Source: an uncultured bacterium (GTDB lineage Bacteria; Pseudomonadota; Alphaproteobacteria; Rs-D84). Taken from it: 64,000 nt of DNA. A model generated the notes under the pieces. The model made no database searches, was not told where the DNA came from, and was given only the letters and a program-made list of their open reading frames with translations. Positions 50,128 through 59,755 of this stretch are shown here, in pieces. A program made the position numbers and the translations under genes. The DNA lies in the NCBI GenBank assembly GCA_950096895.1, contig CATNBF010000003.1, positions 3,801 to 67,800 on the forward strand. The letters run 5' to 3'. The stretch's first letter is position 1. Each line of letters starts with the position of its first letter.

Positions 50128-51144
50128 TTATTTTTTATTTTTAATTTTTTTTATCGCGCGCCAGTCAGCGTGATTTTTTTGATGAATTTCATAGGTATCG
50201 GCAAAGCGGTGCCCCCCACTGCCATCGGCAACAAAATACAGATAATTTGTATCGGCGGGATTCAAAACTGCGGTGATCGCATTTCGTCCAACATTGGCAA
50301 TGGGGGCCGGCGGCAACCCATAATGAACATAGGTATTATAGGGACTATCCACTTTTAGATGCCCACGCAGCAATGCCCGTCCCCCCATATCACCCAATCC
50401 ACCCGTCAAGGCATAGACGACGGTCGGATCAGCCTGAAGCCGCATTTTCTTCTTTAATCGGTTAAGATACACACTGGCGACAACGGGCATTTCGGCGGCC
50501 CGCGGCGTTTCTTTTTGGACAATGGATGCCAACGTCACAATATCATTCCAGCTGTGCAGCACCGCCGGCGCACGCCGTCCTGTTGCCAACCAATTATCAT
50601 GAATCCGCACCATCTTTTTACGCATTAATTCCAGCACCGCCAGTCGCCGCGTCCCACGGGCCACACGATACGTATCTGGAAACAAATCCCCATCATGTAA
50701 ATCACATACCGGATTTTCTGAATCACTGCAATCAACAGGTCCGGTCAATGCCGCCGACCCCAGCAGTAAATTTTTTATTTGCCACACGGTTAATCCTTCG
50801 GGAATAACAATATTAACGGACGCCACATCGCCCCGCGCCATCATGTGTGCAATGCGAAACGCCGACGCCCCGCGGGGAATGTCGTACATGCCGCGTTGAA
50901 CCCGACCACCATGCAATTTAACCGCTGTTTTGAACACACCAACCGAATCAATCAAGTCCGATGATTTTAACCGCGTCGCCACCCCCGACACCGTCGCCCC
51001 ATCGTCAATAACCACGGTCGTCATCGTCCGCACCGGCGACGTCCATAAAAAGATATACATCACATACAGACAAATTATCCCCCCCAGCGCAATTACCGCA
51101 TGTAAGGTCCGTAATCTGGAAAACAACATTCTCTTTCGCGTCAT
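50128..51144 (-). CDS. mltG: endolytic murein transglycosylase MltG (YceG family)
   Basis: N-terminal TM. QKETPRAAEMPVVASVYLNRLKKKMRLQADPTVVY...DSPYNTYVHYGLPPAPIANVG...YLYFVADGSGGHRF are YceG-like signature blocks. Confidence 0.82.
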   Translation of the reverse strand: MTRKRMLFSRLRTLHAVIALGGIICLYVMYIFLWTSPVRTMTTVVIDDGATVSGVATRLKSSDLIDSVGVFKTAVKLHGGRVQRGMYDIPRGASAFRIAHMMARGDVASVNIVIPEGLTVWQIKNLLLGSAALTGPVDCSDSENPVCDLHDGDLFPDTYRVARGTRRLAVLELMRKKMVRIHDNWLATGRRAPAVLHSWNDIVTLASIVQKETPRAAEMPVVASVYLNRLKKKMRLQADPTVVYALTGGLGDMGGRALLRGHLKVDSPYNTYVHYGLPPAPIANVGRNAITAVLNPADTNYLYFVADGSGGHRFADTYEIHQKNHADWRAIKKIKNKK

Positions 51145-51213
51145 CGTGCGGGTATTATAGAGAAATCTTTTTCAACATGCAACCACGTTCTGACCGCGCT
51201 ATTTCACAAATGT

Positions 51214-52989
51214 TTACATAAATCCACTATATTGCCGTGACCAAAGTTCATAATACAAGCCGCGCCGACGCATCAGGTCCTGGTGCGTTCCCTGCTCTAT
51301 TATTCGGCCATGATCCATAACGATAATCCGATCCATCTGTTGCAGGGTGGACAAACGGTGTGCAATCGCAATAGTCGTACGATTTTTCATTAATCCCATC
51401 AAAGAATGCTGAATCTTGTCTTCGGTCTCGGAATCGAGAGCGGACGTCGGCTCGTCCAATAATAAAATGGGTGAATTTTTCAAAATCGCATGGGCAATCG
51501 TTATCCGTTGGCGTTGCCCGCCGGACAATTTCACCCCACGATCCCCAACAACTGTTTCATACCCATGGTCGGTTTGCATAATAAAATCATGGGCAGCCGC
51601 AGCCTTGGCCGCGGCAATAATGCGTGACCGCGTTGCCCCCGGTACACCATATGAAATATTATCCGCCAGTGTTCGATTAAACAGAATTGATTCTTGGGGA
51701 ACGAATGAAATGACATCTTTTAACGAATGTGACGAAAATTGGCGAATATCCGTCCCGTCGATTTCAATTGCCCCACACGTTACATCATATAAATGCATCA
51801 AAAGATTGACCAACGTCGTCTTGCCCGATCCCGATGGACCAACAATGCCCACCTTTTCGCCTTTTTGAATACATAAATTAATATCCCGCAAAACCCATTC
51901 GTCATCGTATCTAAATGAAACATTGTTAAAGGCGATTTGGGAATCATACCGACAAACACGTCGTCCCGATTGGACGTTACACAATGTCGGCGATGTAACG
52001 GTTAATTTCTTGAACGCTTGGTCGGCCGAATAATATAATTCTAAAAATTCTGGCAATTCCCAAACCAAATTCACAATGCATGACCGCAGGGAAAAGAACG
52101 CACTGATCCCGAATGCGACATCGGCCAATGACATTTGCCCATTTATATAAAAATGTGCCATCATAAAGATAATCAGGATTAACCCAATATATTCCACCGT
52201 TACCGGCAACATAAAGAAATACAATTCCTGCATCAGCGAATGCCTTTTGGCCCGAACCCATGGATCAAAATAATCTGCAATATATTTTTGGTCGTGGGTG
52301 CGATTGCCAAAAATCTTCATATTTAAAAAATTCGACAGAATATCAATATTGCGGGCCCCAACGATCGACGCATGATCCGCCACATCTACATAAGATTTGG
52401 CCAATCCCTGAAACCGCCGCAAGCCATGCAGCAATCGCAATGCCAACGCCGACCCGATAATCATCCCAATCAGTATATCGAGTTGGAACAAAATCCCAAA
52501 ATTCATCAATACACCCAATATAATTGCCAACGTCTTGATCGGATACCGAAACAGCAATTTCCACGTCCCATTAATAACGTGCTTGGCCTGTTCTTGCAGG
52601 TAACCGGCAGAATGGTTTTTATAAAATGCCATCGATTTATCAATCAAATATTGATACAATTTAACATGGGCTGATTTCTTGGTACGGGGATATATAACCG
52701 CTTCGGCCCAATGTGAAAGAATATCGCAAAGGATATATAACACAATCCATCCGGCAATTATTGACAACACGGGAACGACGTCGGACATGCTAAGTTCGCC
52801 GATCGGCTTGGTCTCTAACGCACCAACAACAAACTTTGCCAAGAATGCGGGTAAAACACGTGTTATCGTTTCATAAATCCCACGCGTGATGTAATAAAAA
52901 ATAAGTCCCAAACGATGCGATGCAAACACCGACGTATAGAACCCAAAGATTGTTTGCGGTAAATACATTTCCCCCCCGTCCCCTGCCAA
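51214..52989 (-). CDS. ABC transporter, fused permease/ATP-binding (MsbA-like exporter)
   Basis: Six-TM N-terminal domain. Walker A GPSGSGKTT. ABC signature LSGGQRQRITIAHAIL. Walker B LLLDEPTSALD. Confidence 0.85.
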   Translation of the reverse strand: MAGDGGEMYLPQTIFGFYTSVFASHRLGLIFYYITRGIYETITRVLPAFLAKFVVGALETKPIGELSMSDVVPVLSIIAGWIVLYILCDILSHWAEAVIYPRTKKSAHVKLYQYLIDKSMAFYKNHSAGYLQEQAKHVINGTWKLLFRYPIKTLAIILGVLMNFGILFQLDILIGMIIGSALALRLLHGLRRFQGLAKSYVDVADHASIVGARNIDILSNFLNMKIFGNRTHDQKYIADYFDPWVRAKRHSLMQELYFFMLPVTVEYIGLILIIFMMAHFYINGQMSLADVAFGISAFFSLRSCIVNLVWELPEFLELYYSADQAFKKLTVTSPTLCNVQSGRRVCRYDSQIAFNNVSFRYDDEWVLRDINLCIQKGEKVGIVGPSGSGKTTLVNLLMHLYDVTCGAIEIDGTDIRQFSSHSLKDVISFVPQESILFNRTLADNISYGVPGATRSRIIAAAKAAAAHDFIMQTDHGYETVVGDRGVKLSGGQRQRITIAHAILKNSPILLLDEPTSALDSETEDKIQHSLMGLMKNRTTIAIAHRLSTLQQMDRIIVMDHGRIIEQGTHQDLMRRRGLYYELWSRQYSGFM

Positions 52990-53378
52990 AAACCACCCTT
53001 TGGATTAGGCATTTTTTTATTTCCAAAAACGCCGGATTTCCGCGGGTTTTATTTTTCCCAACTATGCCTAATCCAAAGGGTGGTTTAGATTAGGCATAGT
53101 AAAATTTCGCTCTACCCCAGGAATAATATCGGATTGCAAGATTTTTTACAAGGGAAAAAAGTTCAAAGTTCAGAGCGCAAAGTTCAAATGGGTTGCCGCG
53201 CTTTGCGCGAAGTTATAGACCAGGAGATATTGTTCTTAATTTTGTAATAACAAAACTTACTCTTCCTTGTCATTCCCGGCCCGGCCCCCGCAAAAATTGA
53301 AAATTTTTGTGGGTGGGTTGTGGGGGATGTCATGCGCATGCATAACAGGGGGGCAGCCATTTGAACTTTGAACTTTAA

Positions 53379-53412
53379 TAAAAAATCCCGCCGAACGGCG
53401 GGATTTTACTTT
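53379..53412. terminator. bidirectional terminator (AAAAAATCCCGCCG-aa-CGGCGGGATTTTACTTTT)
   Basis: Perfect 8-bp stem overlapping the 3' end of the acyl-CoA synthetase gene. Confidence 0.55.
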
Positions 53413-55109
53413 TCGTCCCCACGGACACGATTAATCGCACTTTTTGTGGTGTCAATAATGGTGTCCTTGGCGTCAATGATGGTATCCTTGGCACTATCCA
53501 GACGCCGAATAAGGGCGCGCTTGATCTTGCCACTGATGGTCATGGGCAGACTGTCGACAAATTCAATAATACGTGGATTTTTATACGCCGCTGTGCGCTT
53601 TTTCACATGATCTTGCAATTGGCGTTTTAAGGCATCGGTCGGCTGACAATACTTGTTCAAGACGATGGTCGCCTTGATCGCCATGCCGCGCGTTGTATCC
53701 GGGACACCTGTCACGGCCACTTCACGAACGGCGGGATGTTCCATCAACACACTTTCGACCTCAAACGGACTAACACGGTAACCGGCACTTTTGATCAGAT
53801 CATCATTACGGCCCACGAACCAGTAATAGCCATCGGCATCACGGTACGCCACATCACCTGTGTGATAATAGCCATCACGAAACGCCGCTGCGGTCTTTTT
53901 TTCATTTTTATAATATTCCCGGAATAACCCCACGGGACGCCCCGCCCCCAGGTTCACACAGATTTCTCCAACTTCGCCATCATTGACGGGGCGGCCCCGA
54001 TCATCCAACAATTCAACATGCCATCCGGCCGCGGGACGGCCCATACTGCCGGGTTTGGGTTCCATCCATTGATTGGTAAAGAGCATCACACATGTTTCCG
54101 TTTGACCGAATCCTTCGTGTAATTTAACATTGGTCATATCTAAAAAGCGTTCATAAACCTCTGGATTCAAGGCTTCACCGGCAACATCAGCCTTGACGAT
54201 CGACGACATATTATGAATAGATGCGTCTTCGCGGATTAACATTTTATACGCCGTCGGCGGCGCACAGAAAGATGTAACAGCATTTTCAGAAATCACCCGC
54301 AACAATTCAAACGACGGACAAGACCCGCCAAAGTCATAAACAAAAACCGTCGCCCCGGCCAACCATTGGCCATACATCTTTCCCCATGAACATTTGGCCC
54401 AGCCAGATTCAGACAATGTAAAATGAATATCACCGTCGGTTAACCGTTGCCAAAATACGGCGGTATTAATATGCCCCAAGGGATAGGTATAATCATGCGC
54501 CACCATTTTCGGCATATCGGTGGTTCCACTGGTGAAATATAAAACCATGGTGTCATCATTTTTGTTGGGCACACGTTCCATGGTGCGCGGCGCGGCATCA
54601 ATCCCCGCATCCAGTTCATCACACGTAATCACCGTTACATCACGATCACCAATTGCCGAACGAATTTCCCCCACAACAACACCATCATCAAAGGCAATAA
54701 CTGTTTTAACATCGGCGGTTTCAATACGATAAAGAATATCATGGGCCTTTAACTGATTCGTTGACGGAATGGGAATCGCGCCCAATTTATGCATCGCCAT
54801 CATCAAGATCCAATATTCCCAACGCCGCCGCATAAACAGCAGCACTGTATCACCCCGCCCCACCCCACGTGACCGCAGGTAATTTGCCGCAGCCGTAGAT
54901 AATTGACCCAAGTCACGAAATGTAAACGTGCGCTTTTCCCCGGCATCATTTGTCCATAAAATCGCCGGCTTGTCCGGGGTTTCATTGGCCATAACATCAA
55001 TCACGTCATAGGCAAAGTTAAAATTTTCCGGCACAACCGGTGCCCCATTTTCAACATAATCCGCATAATCGTTGAAAATGGCTTTTTTCAGAAAACGTAA
55101 TGCAAACAT
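53406..55109 (-). CDS. AMP-dependent synthetase/ligase (acyl-CoA or acetyl-CoA synthetase-like)
   Basis: AMP-binding motif YFTSGTTDMPKMV. Gly/Glu-rich motif GEICV...GY. Start chosen at ATG 55109 (GGAAAGGAA SD) rather than the track start 55136. C-terminal duplicated AKDTIIDAKDTIID encoded by a 21-bp tandem repeat. Confidence 0.85.
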   Translation of the reverse strand: MFALRFLKKAIFNDYADYVENGAPVVPENFNFAYDVIDVMANETPDKPAILWTNDAGEKRTFTFRDLGQLSTAAANYLRSRGVGRGDTVLLFMRRRWEYWILMMAMHKLGAIPIPSTNQLKAHDILYRIETADVKTVIAFDDGVVVGEIRSAIGDRDVTVITCDELDAGIDAAPRTMERVPNKNDDTMVLYFTSGTTDMPKMVAHDYTYPLGHINTAVFWQRLTDGDIHFTLSESGWAKCSWGKMYGQWLAGATVFVYDFGGSCPSFELLRVISENAVTSFCAPPTAYKMLIREDASIHNMSSIVKADVAGEALNPEVYERFLDMTNVKLHEGFGQTETCVMLFTNQWMEPKPGSMGRPAAGWHVELLDDRGRPVNDGEVGEICVNLGAGRPVGLFREYYKNEKKTAAAFRDGYYHTGDVAYRDADGYYWFVGRNDDLIKSAGYRVSPFEVESVLMEHPAVREVAVTGVPDTTRGMAIKATIVLNKYCQPTDALKRQLQDHVKKRTAAYKNPRIIEFVDSLPMTISGKIKRALIRRLDSAKDTIIDAKDTIIDTTKSAINRVRGDEK

Positions 55110-55254
55110 ATAAATTCCTTTCCATAAATACGCCATTATAATATGGTGCGATGATCAAAAAATTACAAGTAAAAATAAGAAATAAAAACGGTTGCTTTTT
55201 TCCTAAAAAAGTTTCATAATATGCGCCGAACGATAAAAATTGTGTATCAGTTCT

Positions 55255-55331
55255 CGGAGTATAGCTCAGTCTGGTAGAGCGCTGCGTTCGGGTCGCAGAG
55301 GTCGTAGGTTCGAATCCTGTTACTCCGACCA
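55255..55331 (+). tRNA. tRNA-Pro (anticodon CGG)
   Basis: Cloverleaf: acceptor CGGAGTA/TACTCCG, D-arm GCTC...GAGC, anticodon stem CTGCG/CGCAG with loop TTCGGGT (anticodon CGG), T-arm GTAGG-TTCGAAT-CCTGT, discriminator A, encoded CCA. Followed by a terminator. Confidence 0.88.
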
Positions 55332-55334
55332 TGA

Positions 55335-55365
55335 TAAAAAACCGCCTTGGGCGGTTTTTTTATTT
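55335..55365 (+). terminator. rho-independent terminator after tRNA-Pro (AAAAAACCGCC-ttg-GGCGGTTTTTTTATTT)
   Basis: 6-bp GC stem and a long T-tract. Confidence 0.6.
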
Positions 55366-55547
55366 ATCCCCAATTCCACGTACTATCGATAGAACCATTT
55401 TTCTGTTGAAATAAATTCGTATTCCTGACATTATAATCCTATATTTCTGCCCAACGAGAGAGAAACCATCGTGCATCTTTACAAAATTTTTTACGCTGCC
55501 ATCACCCTGGGCATGATTATAACAGCAACACATGGGGCCACCGAAAT

Positions 55548-56135
55548 TTGTGGGAAATTATGGATCGGGGTACCACATTTACCCAACTGCGCCATTCGTA
55601 TAGTTTAACATATCAATGTAAAAACACCGTCACACCCGACATCCCCTATGCAGAACATGCCTGTATCACCTATACATCGTCATCGGGCGACGGGGGCGGT
55701 GGTGCTTCCATATCGCTGGACGGATGCCAGCTGGTGGCCAGTTATTGTGGCGGTACATCCTATCTATCGGGGGGAAAATGCGTCGAATGTCCCAACAATC
55801 AGGTCAGCATTTCTTATTACGATTCCATAAATTCAGACGATGAATTAACCTTTAAGTTCGGCTATGTCGTGCATAATAATTTAACCACATGCCCATATTG
55901 TCTGACCGGGTTTTACTTTCCAGACAGCACGCGCAACCGTTGCGATCCATGTCCAGAATTTGACGCAGATATTTTTTCACTGGGCGAAGCGATTGGTCCT
56001 GAAACATGCTTTAAGACGCGATTTGACCCTGAATCCACCACCGGCCAAGATGATGGCGGTACCTATCGCCACGTAAAAAAGCCCAATGGCCACATTACCG
56101 GCATTGGGGATGTTTGTTATTATACGTCACGTTAA
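55548..56135 (+). CDS. hypothetical cysteine-rich protein with GCC2/GCC3-like (eukaryote-type) Cys repeats; N-terminus possibly frameshifted
   Basis: Repeats CGGTSYLSGGKCVECPNNQ and CPYCLTGFYFPDSTRNRCDPCPEF (C-x-x-G-x-Y...C-x-x-CP), similar to the P3 C-terminal region. No signal peptide in frame, but a signal-like ORF (GTG 55471, ...AAITLGMIITATHGATEICG) lies upstream in another frame. Confidence 0.4.
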   Translation: MWEIMDRGTTFTQLRHSYSLTYQCKNTVTPDIPYAEHACITYTSSSGDGGGGASISLDGCQLVASYCGGTSYLSGGKCVECPNNQVSISYYDSINSDDELTFKFGYVVHNNLTTCPYCLTGFYFPDSTRNRCDPCPEFDADIFSLGEAIGPETCFKTRFDPESTTGQDDGGTYRHVKKPNGHITGIGDVCYYTSR

Positions 56136-56170
56136 AAAAATCCCACAAAATGTGGGAATTTTTTTATTTT
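56133..56170. terminator. bidirectional terminator (AAAAAAATCCCACA-aaa-TGTGGGAATTTTTTTATTTT)
   Basis: 7-bp stem between the convergent genes 55548-56135 (+) and 56164-56847 (-). Confidence 0.6.
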
Positions 56171-56847
56171 GTATTATCACGCATTGCCTTTAATATCGAT
56201 GCCGGCAGATGGTACGGCTGGAACCGGCTAAGAACACGTTCAACATCTTGGGGATATTTACCCAGGCGTGCCTGCATAACAAATTGGGCGATATCTTTGT
56301 CAAAGTTATGCTTTCTCAGACTTAAACGATCATCTTTTCCTTTGGCAATATCAACCGCATCAATCATCATATCAAAATGCCGAACGTCTTGGGCAATAAC
56401 TTGACTCATAACTGCCCGTTTGGCTTCGCTGGAATAATTCAACATTTTATTCATATTGTCTAAATAGACATCAACAAATTTATCTGGGGCCATTCCTTTG
56501 CCCATTCTGCACAGACTTAAAAATTCGTTCATTTCATCAACAACGCGGATTTCACGACGACGTGCATGTGCGCCAAATAATCCCGCCCCAACTAATCCCA
56601 ACAAGGCCAGTGCATAAAATGCCTTGGCTTCATTAGAAGATTCACCAGAAATAACATTTTTAATTTTATAATTTTCGCGCAATTCGGCCCCATATGAATC
56701 CCGCTCAAAAATAACTGGAACCAAACAGAGCACCAAACTCTGCCATAAAAACATAAAGGCAAGTGCCGGACGTATTGCCAAAGACCGGGGCACAAATTTT
56801 AATTTTTCTTTCATTTCCGCCCGACTGATTTTTTTTGTTGATTTCAT
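56164..56847 (-). CDS. hypothetical membrane protein (227 aa)
   Basis: Two predicted TM helices (LAFMFLWQSLVLCLVPVIF and FYALALLGLVGAGLFGA). No recognisable family. Confidence 0.4.
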   Translation of the reverse strand: MKSTKKISRAEMKEKLKFVPRSLAIRPALAFMFLWQSLVLCLVPVIFERDSYGAELRENYKIKNVISGESSNEAKAFYALALLGLVGAGLFGAHARRREIRVVDEMNEFLSLCRMGKGMAPDKFVDVYLDNMNKMLNYSSEAKRAVMSQVIAQDVRHFDMMIDAVDIAKGKDDRLSLRKHNFDKDIAQFVMQARLGKYPQDVERVLSRFQPYHLPASILKAMRDNTK

Positions 56848-56960
56848 TATTGTTTCCTTTTTCTAAAAAATTAACATAAAAATATTATTTGTCAACAGTT
56901 AAATAAATCGGGCCCCAGTTTTCCGGGCCCGATCTCATCCCACAAATCAAAGGGGATAAT

Positions 56961-58211
56961 TTACGCAACCTTTTTCAAGACCAAGCTGGCGTTGGTGCCG
57001 CCAAATCCGAAAGAATTGCTAAGTGCGACATCAACCTTGCGCTTTTTCGCAACATTTGGCACCAGATCGAAATCACCAACCCCATCTTCGGGATCTTGCA
57101 AATTGATGGTCGCCGGGACAACCCCATCACGGATGGCCAAGGCACAGAATATCGCCTCTACCGCGCCAGCCGCCCCCAGCAAATGTCCCGTCATAGATTT
57201 TGTCGACGACATTGACACCGGTGCATCACCAAATAATTCTTTGACCGCCGCCAATTCGCCCATATCCCCCAGGCCTGTGGACGTTCCATGTGCATTAATA
57301 TAATCCACATCCACCGGTTCAACCCCTGCATCGCGCAAGGCCGCCCGCATGGCGCGCCCGCCGCCTTCGCCGTTGGGGGCCGGGGCCGTGATATGATAGG
57401 CGTCACCAGACATACCATAACCTGCCACTTCGGCATAAATCTTTGCCCCACGGGCCACGGCATGTTCATATTCTTCAAGAACCAAGACACCTGCACCTTC
57501 GGCCATGATAAAGCCATCGCGCCCCTTGTCCCACGGACGTGACGCACCGGCCGGATCATCATTACGGGTCGACAGAGCCTTCATCGCGTTAAACCCGGCC
57601 ACACCAATTTTGCCAACGGCCGCTTCTGCCCCGCCGGCAACCATGATATCGGCATCACCATGTTGAATCATACGCATTGCTTCACCAATACAATGCGCAC
57701 CGGTCGCACATGCCGACACCACTGACAAGTTCGGTCCCTTTAATCCATATTTAATCGACACCTGGCCGGCAACCATATTAATAATTGCCTTGGGGATAAA
57801 AAACGGACTGATCCGGCGGGGGCCACCTGTATATAATTCAACACAATTGTCATAAATCGTGTTCAAGCCACCAATTCCCATTCCGATCGACACACCAATG
57901 CGTTCACGATCACCATCATATGTATCCAGGTGTGCATCCTTGATCGCTTCGTCGGCGGCAACAACACCGTATAAAATGGATTTGTCCATCTTGCGCTGCT
58001 CGCGCGGGTCAACAGCAATGTTTGGATTAAACATCCCCGGTTCTTCACCGGCAACCGGCAATCCTGCAATTTGGGTTGCGCAATCAGACGCATCAAACGT
58101 GTCAATTTTACGAACCCCAGATTTTCCATCCAAAATATTTTTCCAGGCATATTCGACCCCCGTCCCAACCGGCGATACAATTCCCATACCTGTAATAACA
58201 ACTCTTTTCAT
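56961..58211 (-). CDS. fabF: 3-oxoacyl-[acyl-carrier-protein] synthase II
   Basis: Start at ATG 58211 (MKRVVITGMGIVSPVGTG...). Active-site context SVVSACATGAHCIGEA. HGTSTGLGD. GHLLGAAGAVEAIF. Canonical KAS II. Confidence 0.92.
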   Translation of the reverse strand: MKRVVITGMGIVSPVGTGVEYAWKNILDGKSGVRKIDTFDASDCATQIAGLPVAGEEPGMFNPNIAVDPREQRKMDKSILYGVVAADEAIKDAHLDTYDGDRERIGVSIGMGIGGLNTIYDNCVELYTGGPRRISPFFIPKAIINMVAGQVSIKYGLKGPNLSVVSACATGAHCIGEAMRMIQHGDADIMVAGGAEAAVGKIGVAGFNAMKALSTRNDDPAGASRPWDKGRDGFIMAEGAGVLVLEEYEHAVARGAKIYAEVAGYGMSGDAYHITAPAPNGEGGGRAMRAALRDAGVEPVDVDYINAHGTSTGLGDMGELAAVKELFGDAPVSMSSTKSMTGHLLGAAGAVEAIFCALAIRDGVVPATINLQDPEDGVGDFDLVPNVAKKRKVDVALSNSFGFGGTNASLVLKKVA

Positions 58212-58307
58212 TCTGTAATCCTTTTCAAGGTTTAGATTCCCATGTATTATGTCTATAAATACATCGATATTCAATCTATTTTAACGTTTTTATGTAAAGA
58301 AATACAG

Positions 58308-58341
58308 AAAAAAAATCCGCCGCAAATTTGCGGCGGATTTG
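58308..58341. terminator. hairpin terminator/attenuator between acpP and fabF (perfect 24-bp palindrome ATCCGCCGCAAATTTGCGGCGGAT)
   Basis: Long perfect stem flanked by an A-tract (58308-58313) and a short T run. Classic acpP-fabF attenuation position. Confidence 0.5.
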
Positions 58342-58359
58342 AAATTGCATCCCAAGATA

Positions 58360-58593
58360 TTATTTCTTGTGTGCTTCGATAAAGTCCATAACAGCTTTCA
58401 CAGTTGTCAATTTGGCAGCTTCTTCATCAGAAATCGTGATATCGAATTCTTTTTCCAATTCCATAATCAGTTCAACTGTATCCAAAGAATCTGCACCCAG
58501 ATCTGTTGTAAACGAGGCTTCTTCTGTTACCACAGCGGCATCAACGCCCAATTTTTCTGTAATAATCTTTTTTACCTGTTCAAAAGTTGTCAT
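58360..58593 (-). CDS. acpP: acyl carrier protein
   Basis: [50 protein letters not shown], phosphopantetheine-site DSLD motif. Confidence 0.95.
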   Translation of the reverse strand: MTTFEQVKKIITEKLGVDAAVVTEEASFTTDLGADSLDTVELIMELEKEFDITISDEEAAKLTTVKAVMDFIEAHKK

Positions 58594-58728
58594 TTTTTTT
58601 CCTTTGTTTTGGTTAATCTTCTTCGCCCCATTTGGCGCGTTATAGTTTTCAATCTATCATTTTATGACCATAGTGTCAAGAAATTATAACAAATCATAAC
58701 ACGTTGACAAACCCAATTTATGTTTAGC

Positions 58729-59727
58729 CTAGCCCAACACACTATCCAGCAACATGTTCATATTCTGGCGAAACTCTTCATGATCCGACGACCAGTTTAA
58801 TTGTCGCATCAAGAATTTATGCACATCATCCATTGTTAAATTAGGAATTCCCGCCGCCATTGCCACACGACGCCATGTCATTCGTGGATCCGCCAGCGCA
58901 CATCCACCCCGCCCTGGAAAAACCCAGCGACCATCCTGGGGCAGATCTTGTAACAAAACCACCGCCCGATCCGATAACGGCATTGTTCCCCACATGTAAT
59001 GATTAAAATCCAGATCACGCCACTGCATTGAAAAAATTTTTGATTTTGGTGCAAATCCATAAACCAGCATTAAAAACGCCGCCCGAACAAATGGCATATC
59101 CATATTATCAATCACCGATACCACACGTCGCAGACCGGCAATATTCAATGGACGCGTCCGTCGATGCTGGGCGACTTTTGGCACATCATGCATAGGATTT
59201 TTGGTTATGTACCCTTCTTCGATGGCATGGTTAAACATACTCTGCATTAATTCATGCATACGTCCAGAAATTGCCGGCCCAGCAATTTTATCCAGCGTGG
59301 CCGCAATATCCCCCGCCGTTAAATCTTGGACATTCTTGGTAAACAATTCCCCCAAATGACGATCAATGGCCCGGCGCAACTTGGCACGGGCATCTTCACC
59401 ACGGCGTACCTTTTTCACCATATAGGCATTAACTAATTTTTGAAATTCGATTTTATTGCGATGGGGGGGAACTTTTTTCGACGCCCCCTTAATCACATCT
59501 GTCACACGTGCCCGGGCGGTGGGAATATCAATATCAGGATAATTACCAATGATAATTCTTTTGTCACGCCCCATCACACGCTTGCGTACAAAGAATGTTT
59601 TAACACCGTGACTGGTTACATATAAACGCAGACGCGGTTCGGCAATATCTTGGACCACATCAAATCCAATGCGTGGGGCGGGCAAATTATCCAGAATGTA
59701 TTCTGCAAAGAAAAATTGATGTGCCAT
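58729..59727 (-). CDS. phage-integrase-family (tyrosine recombinase-like) protein, possibly catalytically degenerate
   Basis: N-terminal arm-type region (LRLYVTSHGVKTFFVRKRV) and core-binding-like middle. C-terminal region has ...WVFPGRGG...DVHKFLMRQL but no terminal catalytic Tyr and a non-canonical HxxxxR box. Confidence 0.4.
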   Translation of the reverse strand: MAHQFFFAEYILDNLPAPRIGFDVVQDIAEPRLRLYVTSHGVKTFFVRKRVMGRDKRIIIGNYPDIDIPTARARVTDVIKGASKKVPPHRNKIEFQKLVNAYMVKKVRRGEDARAKLRRAIDRHLGELFTKNVQDLTAGDIAATLDKIAGPAISGRMHELMQSMFNHAIEEGYITKNPMHDVPKVAQHRRTRPLNIAGLRRVVSVIDNMDMPFVRAAFLMLVYGFAPKSKIFSMQWRDLDFNHYMWGTMPLSDRAVVLLQDLPQDGRWVFPGRGGCALADPRMTWRRVAMAAGIPNLTMDDVHKFLMRQLNWSSDHEEFRQNMNMLLDSVLG

Positions 59728-59755
59728 AATTTCGCCCCCCTGTATGCTGTTCGCG

